From: Rhizobium sp. Q54
Lineage (GTDB): Bacteria > Pseudomonadota > Alphaproteobacteria > Rhizobiales > Beijerinckiaceae
DNA: 63,121 nucleotides
Direction of reading: 5' to 3'
Assembly: GCA_945875875.1 (NCBI GenBank)
Contig: CAMCMI010000001.1
Location: forward strand, 1-63,121
The notes under the pieces are model-generated. The model made no database searches. It was not told where the DNA came from and saw only the letters and a program-made list of their open reading frames with translations. Below, one piece after another: positions 1-10,760 of the stretch (positions are counted from its first letter, which is position 1; every line of letters starts with the position of its first letter). The position numbers and the translations under genes are program-made.

Positions 1-1023
1 TTTTTCCGCACCGCACTCGTCGCTGGCGCTGCTTTTGGCGCCGGCCTCGGCGTGGTCTCGCAGGCGAACGCGCTCGACATCACAGGCGCTGGCGCGACCT
101 TCCCCTTCCCGATCTATTCGAAATGGGCTGACGCCTACAAGAAAGAGACTGGCATTGGCCTGAATTATCAGTCTATTGGCTCGGGCGCCGGCATCAAGCA
201 GATCCAGGCCAAGACGGTCGCCTTCGGCGCCACCGATGCCCCGCTGAACATTGATCAGCTCAAGAAGGACGGTCTCGTTCAATGGCCGCAGGTCATGGGT
301 GCGCTCGTCGCCATCGTCAACGTCGACGGCGTCAAGTCCGGGGAAATGGTGCTGGACGGCCCGACGGTCGCCGATATTTATCTCGGCAAGATCAAGACTT
401 GGGACGATGCCGCGATCAAGAAGCTGAACCCCACGCTGAACCTGCCCAAGGCCGCGATCACCGTCGTTCGTCGTTCGGACGGTTCGGGCACGACGTTCGT
501 GTGGACGAACTACCTGTCCGAGGTCAGCGAAGAATGGAAGGCGAAGGCTGGCTCCGGCACTGCCGTTGAATGGCCCGTGGGCGTTGGCGCACGCGGCAAT
601 GAAGGCGTGGCGGGCAACGTCGGCCAGACGAAGAACTCCATCGGCTATGTGGAATACGCCTACGCCAAGCAGAGCAAGCTCACCTACACGGCGCTCATCA
701 ATAAGGCTGGCAAGACATTGCAGCCGACGATCGCCACCTTCCAGGCGGCGGCAGCCAATGCCGATTGGGCCAAGGCTCCCGGCTATCGCGTGATCCTCAC
801 CAACCAGCCCGGCGACCAGTCCTGGCCGATTACAGCGGGAACCTTCATTCTGATGCACGCCAATCCGGCGGACAAGGCGCAGGCAAATGCAGCGCTGAAG
901 TTCTTCGCATGGGCTTTCGAGAAGGGCGACAAGATGGCTGAGGAGCTGGATTATATCCCCATGCCCGATTCCGTCGTCTCGCTCATCAAGCAGACGTGGG
1001 ACAAGGAAATCCAGACCAAGTAA
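1..1023 (+). CDS. pstS: Phosphate ABC transporter substrate-binding protein (5'-truncated by window; frame open from base 1)
   Basis: GAGATFPFPIYSKW, YQSIGSGAG, RRSDGSGTT, IGYVEYAYA motifs; signal-peptide-like FFRTALVAGAAFGAG upstream of ORF-track start; first gene of pst operon. Confidence 0.97.
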   Translation, partial: FFRTALVAGAAFGAGLGVVSQANALDITGAGATFPFPIYSKWADAYKKETGIGLNYQSIGSGAGIKQIQAKTVAFGATDAPLNIDQLKKDGLVQWPQVMGALVAIVNVDGVKSGEMVLDGPTVADIYLGKIKTWDDAAIKKLNPTLNLPKAAITVVRRSDGSGTTFVWTNYLSEVSEEWKAKAGSGTAVEWPVGVGARGNEGVAGNVGQTKNSIGYVEYAYAKQSKLTYTALINKAGKTLQPTIATFQAAAANADWAKAPGYRVILTNQPGDQSWPITAGTFILMHANPADKAQANAALKFFAWAFEKGDKMAEELDYIPMPDSVVSLIKQTWDKEIQTK

Positions 1024-1032
1024 TATAAGAAG

Positions 1033-1059
1033 CGGAGCGGGCTGATTGAGCCCGCTCCG
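1033..1059 (+). terminator. Intercistronic stem-loop after pstS
   Basis: CGGAGCGGGCT-gattg-AGCCCGCTCCG perfect 11-bp stem between pstS and pstC. Confidence 0.7.
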
Positions 1060-1115
1060 TCATTTCCTGTCGGGAGCCGTTCGTGACGTCCAGAGTATCG
1101 CCCGAAGGGGGGCCC

Positions 1116-2114
1116 GTGACTGACATCGCCATGAAACAGGCGCCCATTGGCGCGGAAACGGCTCAGCGAGCCAGGGCGCTTGCAGGCTTCAAGCTTGGAG
1201 ACCGCACCTTCTATTGGCTCACCCGCAGCGCGGCGATGGGTGTTTTGCTGCTGCTGGGCGGCATCATCGTCACCCTGTTCTCCGGCGCATGGCCGGCGAT
1301 GCAGGCCTATGGGTTCGAGTTTCTGTGGACAAGCCGCTGGGCGCCGCAGCTTGAGCCGCAGCCGATCCTTGGTGCGCTGGGGCCGATTTACGGCACTCTG
1401 CTGACCGCCTTCATCGCCATGGCCATCGCCACTCCGGTCGGCATCGGCGTCGCGATCTTCCTCACCGAATTGTGCCCCGTGACCCTGCGCCGTCCCATCG
1501 GCATGGCGATCGAGCTGCTGGCGGGTATTCCTTCGATCATTTACGGCATGTGGGGCTTCTTTGTGCTCGCGCCGTTCCTGACCAATCATTTCCAGCCCGC
1601 CATGATCTCGCTGTTTGAAGGAGTGCCGGTGCTGGGGACGATCTTTGCAGGTCCGCCCTCTTATCTCAGCCTCTTCAACGCCTCGCTGGTGCTGGCGATC
1701 ATGGTGTTGCCGTTCATCACCGCTATCGCGCGCGACGTTTTCGCCACCGTGCCGCCGATGCTGAAGGAAAGCGCCTACGGCCTTGGCTGCACGACGTGGG
1801 AAGTGATGAAGAACGTCGTCATTCCCTATACCCGCGTCGGCCTGATCGGCGGCGTGATGCTGGGGCTTGGACGCGCGCTTGGCGAGACGATGGCGGTGAC
1901 GTTCATCATAGGCAATTCGTTCCGCATCAACGGCTCGGTCTTTGCGCCGGGCACCACGATTTCGGCGGCCATCGCCAGTGAGTTCGCCGAGAGCGACGGC
2001 GTGCATCAATCCGCGCTGATCCTGCTTGGTTTGCTGCTGTTCGTTCTCACCTTTTTCGTTCTGGCCGCAGCCCGTCTGATGTTGCGGCGCCTTGAACGCC
2101 GCGCGGGGGGCTGA
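1116..2114 (+). CDS. pstC: Phosphate ABC transporter permease PstC
   Basis: [26 protein letters not shown] motifs; GTG start after GAAGGGG. Confidence 0.96.
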   Translation: MTDIAMKQAPIGAETAQRARALAGFKLGDRTFYWLTRSAAMGVLLLLGGIIVTLFSGAWPAMQAYGFEFLWTSRWAPQLEPQPILGALGPIYGTLLTAFIAMAIATPVGIGVAIFLTELCPVTLRRPIGMAIELLAGIPSIIYGMWGFFVLAPFLTNHFQPAMISLFEGVPVLGTIFAGPPSYLSLFNASLVLAIMVLPFITAIARDVFATVPPMLKESAYGLGCTTWEVMKNVVIPYTRVGLIGGVMLGLGRALGETMAVTFIIGNSFRINGSVFAPGTTISAAIASEFAESDGVHQSALILLGLLLFVLTFFVLAAARLMLRRLERRAGG

Positions 2115-2116
2115 AA

Positions 2117-2962
2117 ATGAATGCTCTTTACGCTTCCCGTCGCCGCCGCGATTTCTCCATTCGCGTTCTCTGCTACGCAGCCACCGCGCTTGGCCTGATC
2201 TGGCTGGCGCTCATCCTGTTCTCGCTGTTCTCTAACGGCTTTGCGGGCCTGTCATGGGCCGTGTTCACGCAAATGACGCCGCCTCCGGGCTCCACCGACG
2301 GCGGATTGGCCAATGCGATCTTTGGCTCGATCGCGATGACCTCTCTCGGGGTTGCTATCGGCGCTCCCCTTGGCATGCTGGCGGGCGTCTATCTGGCCGA
2401 ATATGGGCGCTATGAGAAGCTCTCGGACGTTGTGCGCTTCATCAACGACATTCTGCTCAGCGCGCCCTCCATCATCATCGGCCTGTTTGTCTATATGGCG
2501 GTCGTGAAGCCTACGGGCGGCTTCTCGGGCTATGCCGGCGCGCTGGCTCTGGCGGTGATCGTCGTACCGGTTGTGGTGCGCACCACGGAAGACATGTTGT
2601 TGCTGGTGCCCAACACGTTGCGCGAAGCGGCCTCCGCTTTGGGCCTGCCACGTTCGCTCGTCATCAAGCGCATTGCGCTGCGGGCCGCCCGTGCGGGCGT
2701 CATCACTGGCGTGCTGCTGGCAACTGCGCGCGTTGCTGGCGAGACGGCGCCGCTGTTGTTCACCTCGTTGTCGAACCAGTTCTGGAGCGTCAACATGGGC
2801 AAGGCGATGGCCAATCTGCCGGTGACGATCAACGCCTTCGTGCAAAGCCCCTACGAGACCTGGCGCCAGCTTGCCTGGACTGGTGCGCTTCTCATTACGC
2901 TCGCGGTTCTCACCCTTAACATCGTCGCCCGCGTACTCGGCGCGGAAAGGAAACAGAAATGA
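2117..2962 (+). CDS. pstA: Phosphate ABC transporter permease PstA
   Basis: [32 protein letters not shown] motifs. Confidence 0.96.
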   Translation: MNALYASRRRRDFSIRVLCYAATALGLIWLALILFSLFSNGFAGLSWAVFTQMTPPPGSTDGGLANAIFGSIAMTSLGVAIGAPLGMLAGVYLAEYGRYEKLSDVVRFINDILLSAPSIIIGLFVYMAVVKPTGGFSGYAGALALAVIVVPVVVRTTEDMLLLVPNTLREAASALGLPRSLVIKRIALRAARAGVITGVLLATARVAGETAPLLFTSLSNQFWSVNMGKAMANLPVTINAFVQSPYETWRQLAWTGALLITLAVLTLNIVARVLGAERKQK

Positions 2963-3774
2963 CCGACGTGATGACCAAGGATCCGCTGACCAGCGATGCG
3001 TCGCCGCCAGCAAGCGCCGTCGATGCAAAAGTGTCGATCAAAAATCTCGATTTCTATTATGGCGAATCGCGTGCGCTCAAGGACGTAAACCTGAAGCTCG
3101 AGGCCAATCGGGTCACCGCCTTCATCGGCCCCTCTGGCTGTGGAAAGTCCACGCTGCTGCGCGTGCTCAACCGCATGTATGATCTTTATCCCGGCCAGCG
3201 CGCCACCGGGCAAGTGCTGCTCGACGGCAAGAACATTCTTGATCCAGGCGTTGATCTCAATCTGTTGCGGGCGCGCGTGGGCATGGTGTTCCAAAAGCCG
3301 ACGCCATTCCCGATGACGATTTACGAGAACATCGCGTTTGGCGTGCGCCTGTATGAAAAGATTTCCAAATCTGAGATGGACGGCCGCGTCGAGGCGGCGC
3401 TGAAAGGCGCAGCGCTTTGGGGCGAAGTGAAAGACAAGCTGGACGCCAGCGGTCTTTCGCTGTCGGGCGGTCAGCAGCAGCGGCTTTGCATTGCGCGCAC
3501 GGTCGCCATTCGCCCGGAAGTGATCCTGTTCGACGAACCCTGTTCGGCGCTTGATCCCATTTCCACCGCGAAGATCGAGGAGCTGATCGACGAATTGAAG
3601 TCGCGTTACACCATCGCCATTGTCACCCATAACATGCAGCAGGCTGCGCGCGTCTCGGATCGCACTGCCTTCATGTATCTGGGCGAATTGATCGAGTTTG
3701 ACGACACGCCGCGCATGTTCACGTCGCCGGCGCAGCAGCGTACGCAAGATTACATCACCGGACGCTTCGGCTGA
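2959..3774 (+). CDS. pstB: Phosphate ABC transporter ATP-binding protein PstB
   Basis: Walker [32 protein letters not shown]-terminal YITGRFG. Confidence 0.98.
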   Translation: MTDVMTKDPLTSDASPPASAVDAKVSIKNLDFYYGESRALKDVNLKLEANRVTAFIGPSGCGKSTLLRVLNRMYDLYPGQRATGQVLLDGKNILDPGVDLNLLRARVGMVFQKPTPFPMTIYENIAFGVRLYEKISKSEMDGRVEAALKGAALWGEVKDKLDASGLSLSGGQQQRLCIARTVAIRPEVILFDEPCSALDPISTAKIEELIDELKSRYTIAIVTHNMQQAARVSDRTAFMYLGELIEFDDTPRMFTSPAQQRTQDYITGRFG

Positions 3775-3789
3775 CGCGGGAGAAAAATT

Positions 3790-4473
3790 ATGGCCGTTCA
3801 TACAGTCAAAGCCTACGACGCCGAGCTTGAAGTTATAGACCGCAAGATCGCGGAAATGGGCGGGATCGCTGAAAAGATGCTCGCGGATTCGATGGAGGCG
3901 TTGACGCGTCTCGATGTCGAACTGGCGCGTCGCGTGGTTGAAAGCGATCCGCGCCTTGATGCGCTTCAGCGCGAGATCGAGGAACAGGCCGTACTCACCA
4001 TCGCCCGCCGCCAGCCGATGGCGGTGGACTTGCGCGAGCTGGTCGGCGCCATCCACATCGCCGGCGATCTGGAGCGCACCGGGGATCTCGCCAAAAACAT
4101 CGCCAAGCGCACCATCAAGATTTCAGCCGACGCCCGCGTGCCGCGCGCCATCGTCGGCATCAAGCACATGGGCGAACTCGCCTCCATGCAGATGAAGGAC
4201 GTGCTCGACGCCTATTCGCAGCGCGACGTCGAGCGCGCCCGCGCAGTCTGGGGTCGCGACGCCGAGATTGACGCGCTTGAGGATTCGGTGTTCCGCGATC
4301 TTCTCACCTTCATGATGGAAGACCCGCGCAACATCACCTTCTGCACGCATTTGTTATTCTGCTCGAAAAACCTTGAGCGCGTAGGCGATCACGCCACCAA
4401 TATCGCCGAGACGATCCAGTATATGCGCACCGGCGAGACGATGCCGACCGAGCGTCCCAAAGGCGCGCAATGA
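3790..4473 (+). CDS. phoU: Phosphate signalling protein PhoU
   Basis: RRQPMAVDLR, LERTGDLAKNIA, LERVGDHATNIAE repeats. Confidence 0.97.
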   Translation: MAVHTVKAYDAELEVIDRKIAEMGGIAEKMLADSMEALTRLDVELARRVVESDPRLDALQREIEEQAVLTIARRQPMAVDLRELVGAIHIAGDLERTGDLAKNIAKRTIKISADARVPRAIVGIKHMGELASMQMKDVLDAYSQRDVERARAVWGRDAEIDALEDSVFRDLLTFMMEDPRNITFCTHLLFCSKNLERVGDHATNIAETIQYMRTGETMPTERPKGAQ

Positions 4474-4483
4474 GGATATTATA

Positions 4484-5188
4484 ATGAGCATAGCCAACGC
4501 GCCACGCGTGCTGGTCGTCGAGGATGAAGAATCTTTAAGCGTCTTGCTTGAGTACAATCTGAAATCGGAAGGCTATAGCGTCGAGCGCACGGCGCGCGGC
4601 GACGAGGCCGAGATTCTGCTGGCGGAAAACCCGCCTGATCTCGTGATCCTGGACTGGATGCTGCCTGGCGTTGCGGGCGTAGAACTCTGCAGGCGCCTGC
4701 GTGCGCGCGAGGCCACGCGGACGCTGCCGGTCATCATGCTGACGGCGCGCGGCGAAGAAAGCGAGCGGGTGCGCGGGCTTTCCGTCGGCGCCGACGATTA
4801 TGTGGTGAAGCCGTTCTCCGTGCCAGAACTCATGGCCCGCGTGCGCGCCTTGCTCCGTCGCGCCAAGCCCGAGCGCATCGCCTCGAAACTGACGCAAGGC
4901 GAGATTGAGCTTGATCGCGAGACCCGCCGCGTGCGCCGCGCCGGGCGCGATGTGCATCTGGGGCCAACCGAGTTTCGCCTGCTGGAGCATTTGATAGAGC
5001 GGCCCGGTCGCGTGTTCTCGCGTGCGCAATTGCTCGATGCCGTCTGGGGCCAATCAGCCGAGATCGACGAACGCACGGTGGACGTCCATGTCGGGCGCCT
5101 GCGCAAGGCGCTGAGCCGGGGCAACGAACCAGACCCGATCCGCACCGTGCGCGGCTCCGGCTATTCGTTCGACGAAACGTTCCGTTAG
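4484..5188 (+). CDS. phoB: Phosphate regulon response regulator PhoB
   Basis: Receiver ([16 protein letters not shown]) plus OmpR winged helix ([31 protein letters not shown]). Confidence 0.96.
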   Translation: MSIANAPRVLVVEDEESLSVLLEYNLKSEGYSVERTARGDEAEILLAENPPDLVILDWMLPGVAGVELCRRLRAREATRTLPVIMLTARGEESERVRGLSVGADDYVVKPFSVPELMARVRALLRRAKPERIASKLTQGEIELDRETRRVRRAGRDVHLGPTEFRLLEHLIERPGRVFSRAQLLDAVWGQSAEIDERTVDVHVGRLRKALSRGNEPDPIRTVRGSGYSFDETFR

Positions 5189-6174
5189 GAAGGACTTGTT
5201 TGCGCTGCAACTGGAGCAGCATGCACGCAGCGCACGGCGCGCTGTGGCGAAAGGCTGACGTTGGGCGGCAGGGCAATCTCGCAAGACTCCTGCTTCACCA
5301 GGCATCGCGGCGCGAATGAACAATTGTTCGGCGCCGTCTCCAGCGCAGGCGGGGCTCCCGGTATTGCCTGCAAACGTTCGCCCTTCACCGCGCCATGCAG
5401 ATTGGCGGCCAGCAACCCGCGCGTATAGGGATGTTGCGGATTTGCGATGATGTCGCGCACGCTGCCGGTCTCAACGACCTGGCCCGCATACATCACCGCA
5501 ATGCGATCCGACACTTCCACGGCCACGCCAATATCGTGCGTGACGAAGATCATGCCCATGCCAAACTCGGCCTGCAATTCGCGCAGCAATATCAAAATCT
5601 GAATCTGCACCGTGGCGTCAAGCGCTGTCGTGGGCTCGTCGGCCAGCAGCAGTTTAGGCCTGCACGCCAGCGCCAACGCGATCATCGCGCGTTGGCGCAT
5701 GCCGCCCGACATTTCGTGCGGATAGGCGTTCAAGCGCCGCTCCGGCGAGGGAATGCGCACGCGCGTCAGCATGTCGAGCGCACGCGCCCGGCCCTGCGCG
5801 CGGCTGGCGCCCTCATGGCGCATCACGGCTTCTGCAATCTGCTCGCCGATCGTGTAGACGGGATCGAGCGCCAGCATCGGATCCTGAAAGATCATTGACG
5901 CGACGCCGCCGCGATGATTGGTCAGAGCGCGCCCTTGCAACGCGTTGACGTCCTGCCCGGCTACGCGCACGTCGCCGCTGATCTGCGTGCGGTTTTCAGG
6001 CAGCAGCCGCAGTAAGGTTTTCAGCGTGACGCTTTTGCCGGACCCGCTCTCACCCAGAATGCCCAGCGTCTCGCCAGCTTTCAGATCAAGATCAATGCCG
6101 TTCACAGCATAAACATTGCGCTGCCCGTGGAAGCGCACGTGAAGATCGCGCAGCTCCACTAGTTTCTCGCTCAT
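5185..6174 (-). CDS. Peptide/nickel-family ABC transporter ATP-binding protein (DppD-like)
   Basis: [34 protein letters not shown]-terminal domain. Confidence 0.93.
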   Translation of the reverse strand: MSEKLVELRDLHVRFHGQRNVYAVNGIDLDLKAGETLGILGESGSGKSVTLKTLLRLLPENRTQISGDVRVAGQDVNALQGRALTNHRGGVASMIFQDPMLALDPVYTIGEQIAEAVMRHEGASRAQGRARALDMLTRVRIPSPERRLNAYPHEMSGGMRQRAMIALALACRPKLLLADEPTTALDATVQIQILILLRELQAEFGMGMIFVTHDIGVAVEVSDRIAVMYAGQVVETGSVRDIIANPQHPYTRGLLAANLHGAVKGERLQAIPGAPPALETAPNNCSFAPRCLVKQESCEIALPPNVSLSPQRAVRCVHAAPVAAQTSPS

Positions 6175-7181
6175 GCGCGCGCCTCCAGCCCGCTATGGCC
6201 TGAATGGGGAATATGCGCATGGCACGCGGCCATATGCCCGGCGTGCGGCAGAATGTGCAGCACAGGTTGCTCCTTTGCGCACACGTCCTGCGCAAACTTG
6301 CAGCGCGTATGAAAGCGGCACCCCGGCGGCGGGTTGATGGGGTTGGGCGGATCGCCCGCCAGCGGCGCCTCCATCGTGCGCTTGTCGGGGTCCATTGACG
6401 GCATCGCGGCCAGCAGCGCGCGCGTATAGGGATGGGCGGGCGAGGAATAGAGCGAATCGACGGGACCGATTTCCGCGACCTGTCCCAGATACATCACCAT
6501 CACGCGGTCGCTCATATGGCGCACGACGTTGAGGTCGTGCGAGATGAAAATATACGTAAGCGCCAGCTCCTTTTTCAAATCCGCCAGTAGGTTCAACACC
6601 TGCGCCTCAACCGATTTGTCGAGCGCCGAGACCGCCTCGTCGAGGATCACGATCTTGGGCGAAAACGCGAGCGCGCGCGCGATGTTGACGCGCTGGCGCT
6701 GCCCGCCGGACAATTCATGCGGATAGCGGCCTGCAAAACGTCGCGGCTCAAGCCCTACCCGGAACAGGAGATCATGCGCCAGCGCCAGCGCTTTCTGGCG
6801 CGCCATGCCGTTGACGTTCGGGCCGAACGCGATGGAATCCTCCATCGTCAGGCGTGGATTGAGCGAGGCGTAGGAATCCTGAAACACCATCTGCATATGG
6901 CGGCGCATGTCGCGCACGCTCATGTCGGCGCCGACGCGTTTACCCTCCAGAATGACCTGCCCGCTGTCAGGCTCGATCAGGTTTACAAGCAGCCGCGCCG
7001 TGGTGGATTTGCCGCAACCGCTCTCCCCAACAATGCCCAGCGTCTCGCCCGGCGCCACTTCAAAGCTGATGGAATCGACCGCGCGCACCACGCCCGCGCT
7101 GCGCCCGAAAAAGCCGCCGCTCAACGGGAAATGCTTGGTGAGGTCGTTCACTTGTAGAAGGGCTGCGCTCTCAATAGTCAT
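6171..7181 (-). CDS. Peptide/nickel-family ABC transporter ATP-binding protein (DppF-like)
   Basis: [37 protein letters not shown]; start MTIES overlaps permease stop (ATGA). Confidence 0.93.
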   Translation of the reverse strand: MTIESAALLQVNDLTKHFPLSGGFFGRSAGVVRAVDSISFEVAPGETLGIVGESGCGKSTTARLLVNLIEPDSGQVILEGKRVGADMSVRDMRRHMQMVFQDSYASLNPRLTMEDSIAFGPNVNGMARQKALALAHDLLFRVGLEPRRFAGRYPHELSGGQRQRVNIARALAFSPKIVILDEAVSALDKSVEAQVLNLLADLKKELALTYIFISHDLNVVRHMSDRVMVMYLGQVAEIGPVDSLYSSPAHPYTRALLAAMPSMDPDKRTMEAPLAGDPPNPINPPPGCRFHTRCKFAQDVCAKEQPVLHILPHAGHMAACHAHIPHSGHSGLEARA

Positions 7182-8059
7182 GACTTGATGTCCATGGCTG
7201 AACGCAATCCATCGGACAGGAGATTGAACGAAATCGAGGTGATGAAGATCATCAGACCAGGAAGTGCGGCGACCCACGGTTGCACATAAATCGCGTTGCG
7301 CAACGTGTTCAGCATCAGGCCCCATTCTGGCTCGGGCGGCTTCACGCCAAGGCCCAGAAACGACAGGCCAGAGGCGAGAATCAGCGACACGGAAATCAGG
7401 CCCGTCGCATAGACGAACACTGGGCCAATCACATTGCCCAAAACATGCACGCGCACGATGGTGAACGAGGACGCGCCGGACGCGCGCGCCGCCTCCACAT
7501 ATTCAATGCGCCGCACAGCCGTCGTCACGCTCTCGGCGATGCGCGCGATGGGGGGAATAAACACGACGGTCAGCGACAGCAGCCCGTTGAAAATGCCAGC
7601 CCCCAGCGCGCCCGAAAGCGCAATCGCCAGCAGCACGGACGGGAAGGCGAAGAACACGTCAATCGTGCGCATTAGCACGCTGTTGACCTTGCCGCCGAGA
7701 TAGCCGGCCGTAATGCCGATGGCCGATCCAATGAAGAAGGCGATGAACACGGGCGTCACGCCCATCAGCAGCGACAGGCGCCCGCCATGGATCAGGCGCG
7801 AGAGCATGTCGCGCCCCAGCTCATCGGTCCCAAGCGGAAAGCCCTCTGTCCCAATGGGCCGCAGCCGCCGTAGCATCGAAGCGCGGTATGGATCGGCGGG
7901 CGCAACCAGCGGCGCAAAAACGGCCATCAAGATTAAAGCCAGCACCACAAACAGCGCGATCATCGCGACGGGATCGCGCCGGAAGCGGCGCATCACGCCC
8001 GCCCAATAGCCGGGCGATTTTTCGATCTCGGCGATATGCTGAAAGCTTGCAACGCTCAT
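7178..8059 (-). CDS. Peptide-family ABC transporter permease (DppC-like)
   Basis: LGTDELGRDMLSRLIHG, YVEAARASGAS, LSFLGLG..PEWG. Confidence 0.93.
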   Translation of the reverse strand: MSVASFQHIAEIEKSPGYWAGVMRRFRRDPVAMIALFVVLALILMAVFAPLVAPADPYRASMLRRLRPIGTEGFPLGTDELGRDMLSRLIHGGRLSLLMGVTPVFIAFFIGSAIGITAGYLGGKVNSVLMRTIDVFFAFPSVLLAIALSGALGAGIFNGLLSLTVVFIPPIARIAESVTTAVRRIEYVEAARASGASSFTIVRVHVLGNVIGPVFVYATGLISVSLILASGLSFLGLGVKPPEPEWGLMLNTLRNAIYVQPWVAALPGLMIFITSISFNLLSDGLRSAMDIKS

Positions 8060-8063
8060 GACA

Positions 8064-9017
8064 TCAGGACCGCTGCACGCGCGGATCGAGCAGGGATTGC
8101 ACGATATCCACGAGAAGATTGAGGGCGACGAAAATCATGGCCAGCGTCAGAATGGCGCCTTGCAGCAAAGGCAGATCGCGCTGAAAGATCGCTTGGCCCA
8201 GCAGAAAGCCCGTGCCCGGCCACGAGAACACGGTTTCAATCAGGATCGAGCCGCCAAGCAAATAGCCCAATTGCAGGCCCATGACGGCAAGCGCGGTCGG
8301 CGCGGTGTTTTTCACCACGTGACGAAACACGCCTACGTCCAGAAGGCCTTTGGCGCGCAGGCCGGTGATGAATTCCTGACTCAAGATGTCAGCCACCAGA
8401 GCGCGCACCGTGCGCGCCACAATGCCCATCGGGATGACCGACATGGTGATGGCGGGCAGGATCAGATGGCGCACATGCGCCCAGTCCCAAACCCAATCGG
8501 CCGAGCCGCCCGGCCCTGCGCCCGTTGCTGGCAACCAGTTGAGCTGAACCGAGAAGATGATGACGAGCACCATGCCAAGCCAGTAATGGGGCACGGACAC
8601 GCCGACGATCGAGATCAGCGAGGCGATGCGGTCCACCCAGCTGTCGCGGAAATACCCCGCCACGAAACCAAACAGGCCGCCGAACAGAAAGCCGATCATG
8701 GTGGCGAGAACCGCCAGCATCAAAGTGTTGCCAAGCGCTCGGCCCAGTTCCATCGCCACCGGGCGACCGGTTGCGATGGACGTTCCAAAATCGCCCTGAA
8801 CAACTTTCAAAACCCAGAGGCCGTATTGCACGGGAAGCGGTCTGTCGAACCCGTAAATGCGCCGCATCTCCTCCTGCAATTGCGCGGAGGCGTCGGGCGG
8901 CAAAATCGACGTGAGCGGATCGCCCGGCGCAATATGCACCAGCATGAAACACACGATGCTGACGCCAAAGGCGACCGGCAAAGTGTAGAGAATGCGCTCG
9001 GCGATATATTTGAGCAT
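8064..9017 (-). CDS. Peptide-family ABC transporter permease (DppB-like)
   Basis: APGDP, GDFGTS, ETVFSWPG, RDLPLLQG, LDPRV motifs. Confidence 0.93.
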   Translation of the reverse strand: MLKYIAERILYTLPVAFGVSIVCFMLVHIAPGDPLTSILPPDASAQLQEEMRRIYGFDRPLPVQYGLWVLKVVQGDFGTSIATGRPVAMELGRALGNTLMLAVLATMIGFLFGGLFGFVAGYFRDSWVDRIASLISIVGVSVPHYWLGMVLVIIFSVQLNWLPATGAGPGGSADWVWDWAHVRHLILPAITMSVIPMGIVARTVRALVADILSQEFITGLRAKGLLDVGVFRHVVKNTAPTALAVMGLQLGYLLGGSILIETVFSWPGTGFLLGQAIFQRDLPLLQGAILTLAMIFVALNLLVDIVQSLLDPRVQRS

Positions 9018-9038
9018 GAAATGAACCGATCAAAGGAG

Positions 9039-9076
9039 TGCGGCTCTCCCTCCCCATGCGGGGAGGGAGAGCCGCA
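9039..9076. repeat. Perfect 17-bp hairpin between binding protein and permease genes
   Basis: TGCGGCTCTCCCTCCCC-atgc-GGGGAGGGAGAGCCGCA. Confidence 0.85.
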
Positions 9077-9081
9077 ATTTG

Positions 9082-10677
9082 TTACGGCGCCATGGTGATG
9101 GAGGAGAAGTTCTGGAACCAGTTCTGCGCCTGCACGAAGCCCTTGACCTTCGGGCTCATGGCGCGGGCGTTCACGTCATGCGTCACCATCAGGAACAGCG
9201 CGTCGTCGACGAACTTCTCATGCACGGCTTCGAGCACTTTGGCCTGCGCGACAGGGTCAAACGTATTGCGCACCGCTTCAAACAGCTTGTCCATTTCCGG
9301 CGTGCAATAATGGCCCCAATTGGTGCCGGCTGGCGGCTGGAGGCTGCATTGCAAATGGCGCATGAAACCGGTGAAGGGATCTTGAATGAAATAGCTGTAA
9401 TTCATGCCCGTGGCGCCGCGCGAGCTTTCATGCTTGGCGCCGGCGCGCCAGATGTTAATCAGCGTATTCCATTCCACCACTTCAAAGTCGATCTTCATCC
9501 CGGCTTCGGCCAGATTTTGCTGGATGAATTCGTTCATCGGCAGCGGCTGCATCTGGCCAGAGCCCGAGGGCGAGATCAGGATTTTGGTGACGAACGGCTT
9601 TGCGGGGCCGTAACCTGCTTCCGCCAGCAGCTTTTTGGCTTGCGCCAGATCGCGCTTGAGTTTGAACGTCGGCTTGCCGAACCATTGATGGCCGGGCGGC
9701 ATGAAGCCTTCAGCCGGAATCATCAGCCCGCCCAGCAGCTCTTTCAAACCCTCGCGATCAATCGCCAGATTGGCGGCCTTGCGCACGCGCACGTCGTTCC
9801 ACGGCGAGCCCTCAACGCTTGATAAATGCCACGTCCAATTATGCGGATAGGCGTTTGAGACGATCTGCATGCCGGCCGCTTTCAGCGATGGAACCGCATC
9901 AGGCGCCGGCGCCTCGATCCAGTCCACCTGGCCTGAGCGCAATGCAGCCACGCGCGCGTTGGTTTCAGGCATGGGGATCAGGATCATCTTGTCGAGCTTT
10001 GGCACGCGCGCCTTGTCCCAATAATCCTTGTTTGGGACCATCTCGGCGCGCTCGCGCGGCGTGAAGCCGGTGAGCTTCCACGGGCCTGTGCCAGAGGGGG
10101 TTTTAGCAAATTCCTGCCAGCTCTTGCCTACTTTCTCCCATTGCGCGGGCGATGAAATCGCGATCCACGCCAATTGATAGGGCAGGGTTGCGTCCGGCGT
10201 CTTCGTCACGATTTCCAGCGTCAGCGCGTCAACCGCGCGATAGGTGGCGATGGCTGGAATACGCGAGCGCCCTTGCGAGGCCTGACGCTGGTCAAATTGC
10301 GGCGCGTCCTGTTTCAGCAGCTTGTCGAAATTCCACACGATGGCTTCCGCCGTCAGCGTGCTGCCGTCGTGAAACTTGACGCCCTCGCGGATTTTGAACG
10401 TCCATTTGGTGCGATCCGCCGGATCGGCGCTCCAGCTCGCTGCAAGGCCGGGCTCCAGAATTGAGGGCTTGTCGGAGGCGCGCAAATCCCAATGCACAAG
10501 CGCGTCATAAACCGTGAGGCCCATGAAGCGCTGGCCCTCGCCGCCCTAATCGGGCTGGCCGGTGGTGAGCGGGATGTCGGAGGCGGTCATGCCGATGCGC
10601 AACGTGCCTTGCGCAAAAGCTGGCGCGCACAATGCGGACCCAAGGGCAAAGGACAAAGCAAGCGAAGTCGTCTTCAT
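9082..10677 (-). pseudogene. Family-5 ABC substrate-binding protein interrupted by an in-frame TAG at 10546-10548
   Basis: ORFs 10546..10677 (signal peptide + LRIGMTASDIP..GQPD) and 9082..10524 are in one frame: GQPD*GGEGQRF versus GQPDQGFEGNRF in the adjacent paralog. Confidence 0.85.
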
Positions 10678-10760
10678 GTAGCTACTCTTTCTGTGCGAGG
10701 ACAAATACGAGTTCATGAAAACGGCGCGCAATGCATTCGCGCGCCGTCGATGTTTCGGCT

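Noticed and set aside
5185-5188. Overlapping convergent stop codons (phoB/ABC ATPase; also 41021-41024)
   Set aside because: Common compact arrangement; no evidence of a regulatory role from sequence alone
10546-10548. Genome-wide amber recoding (TAG=Gln) or pyrrolysine
   Set aside because: TAG is an ordinary stop for phoB, dapE, urtD, ureA, ureG and others at their expected C-termini; no pyl genes are present
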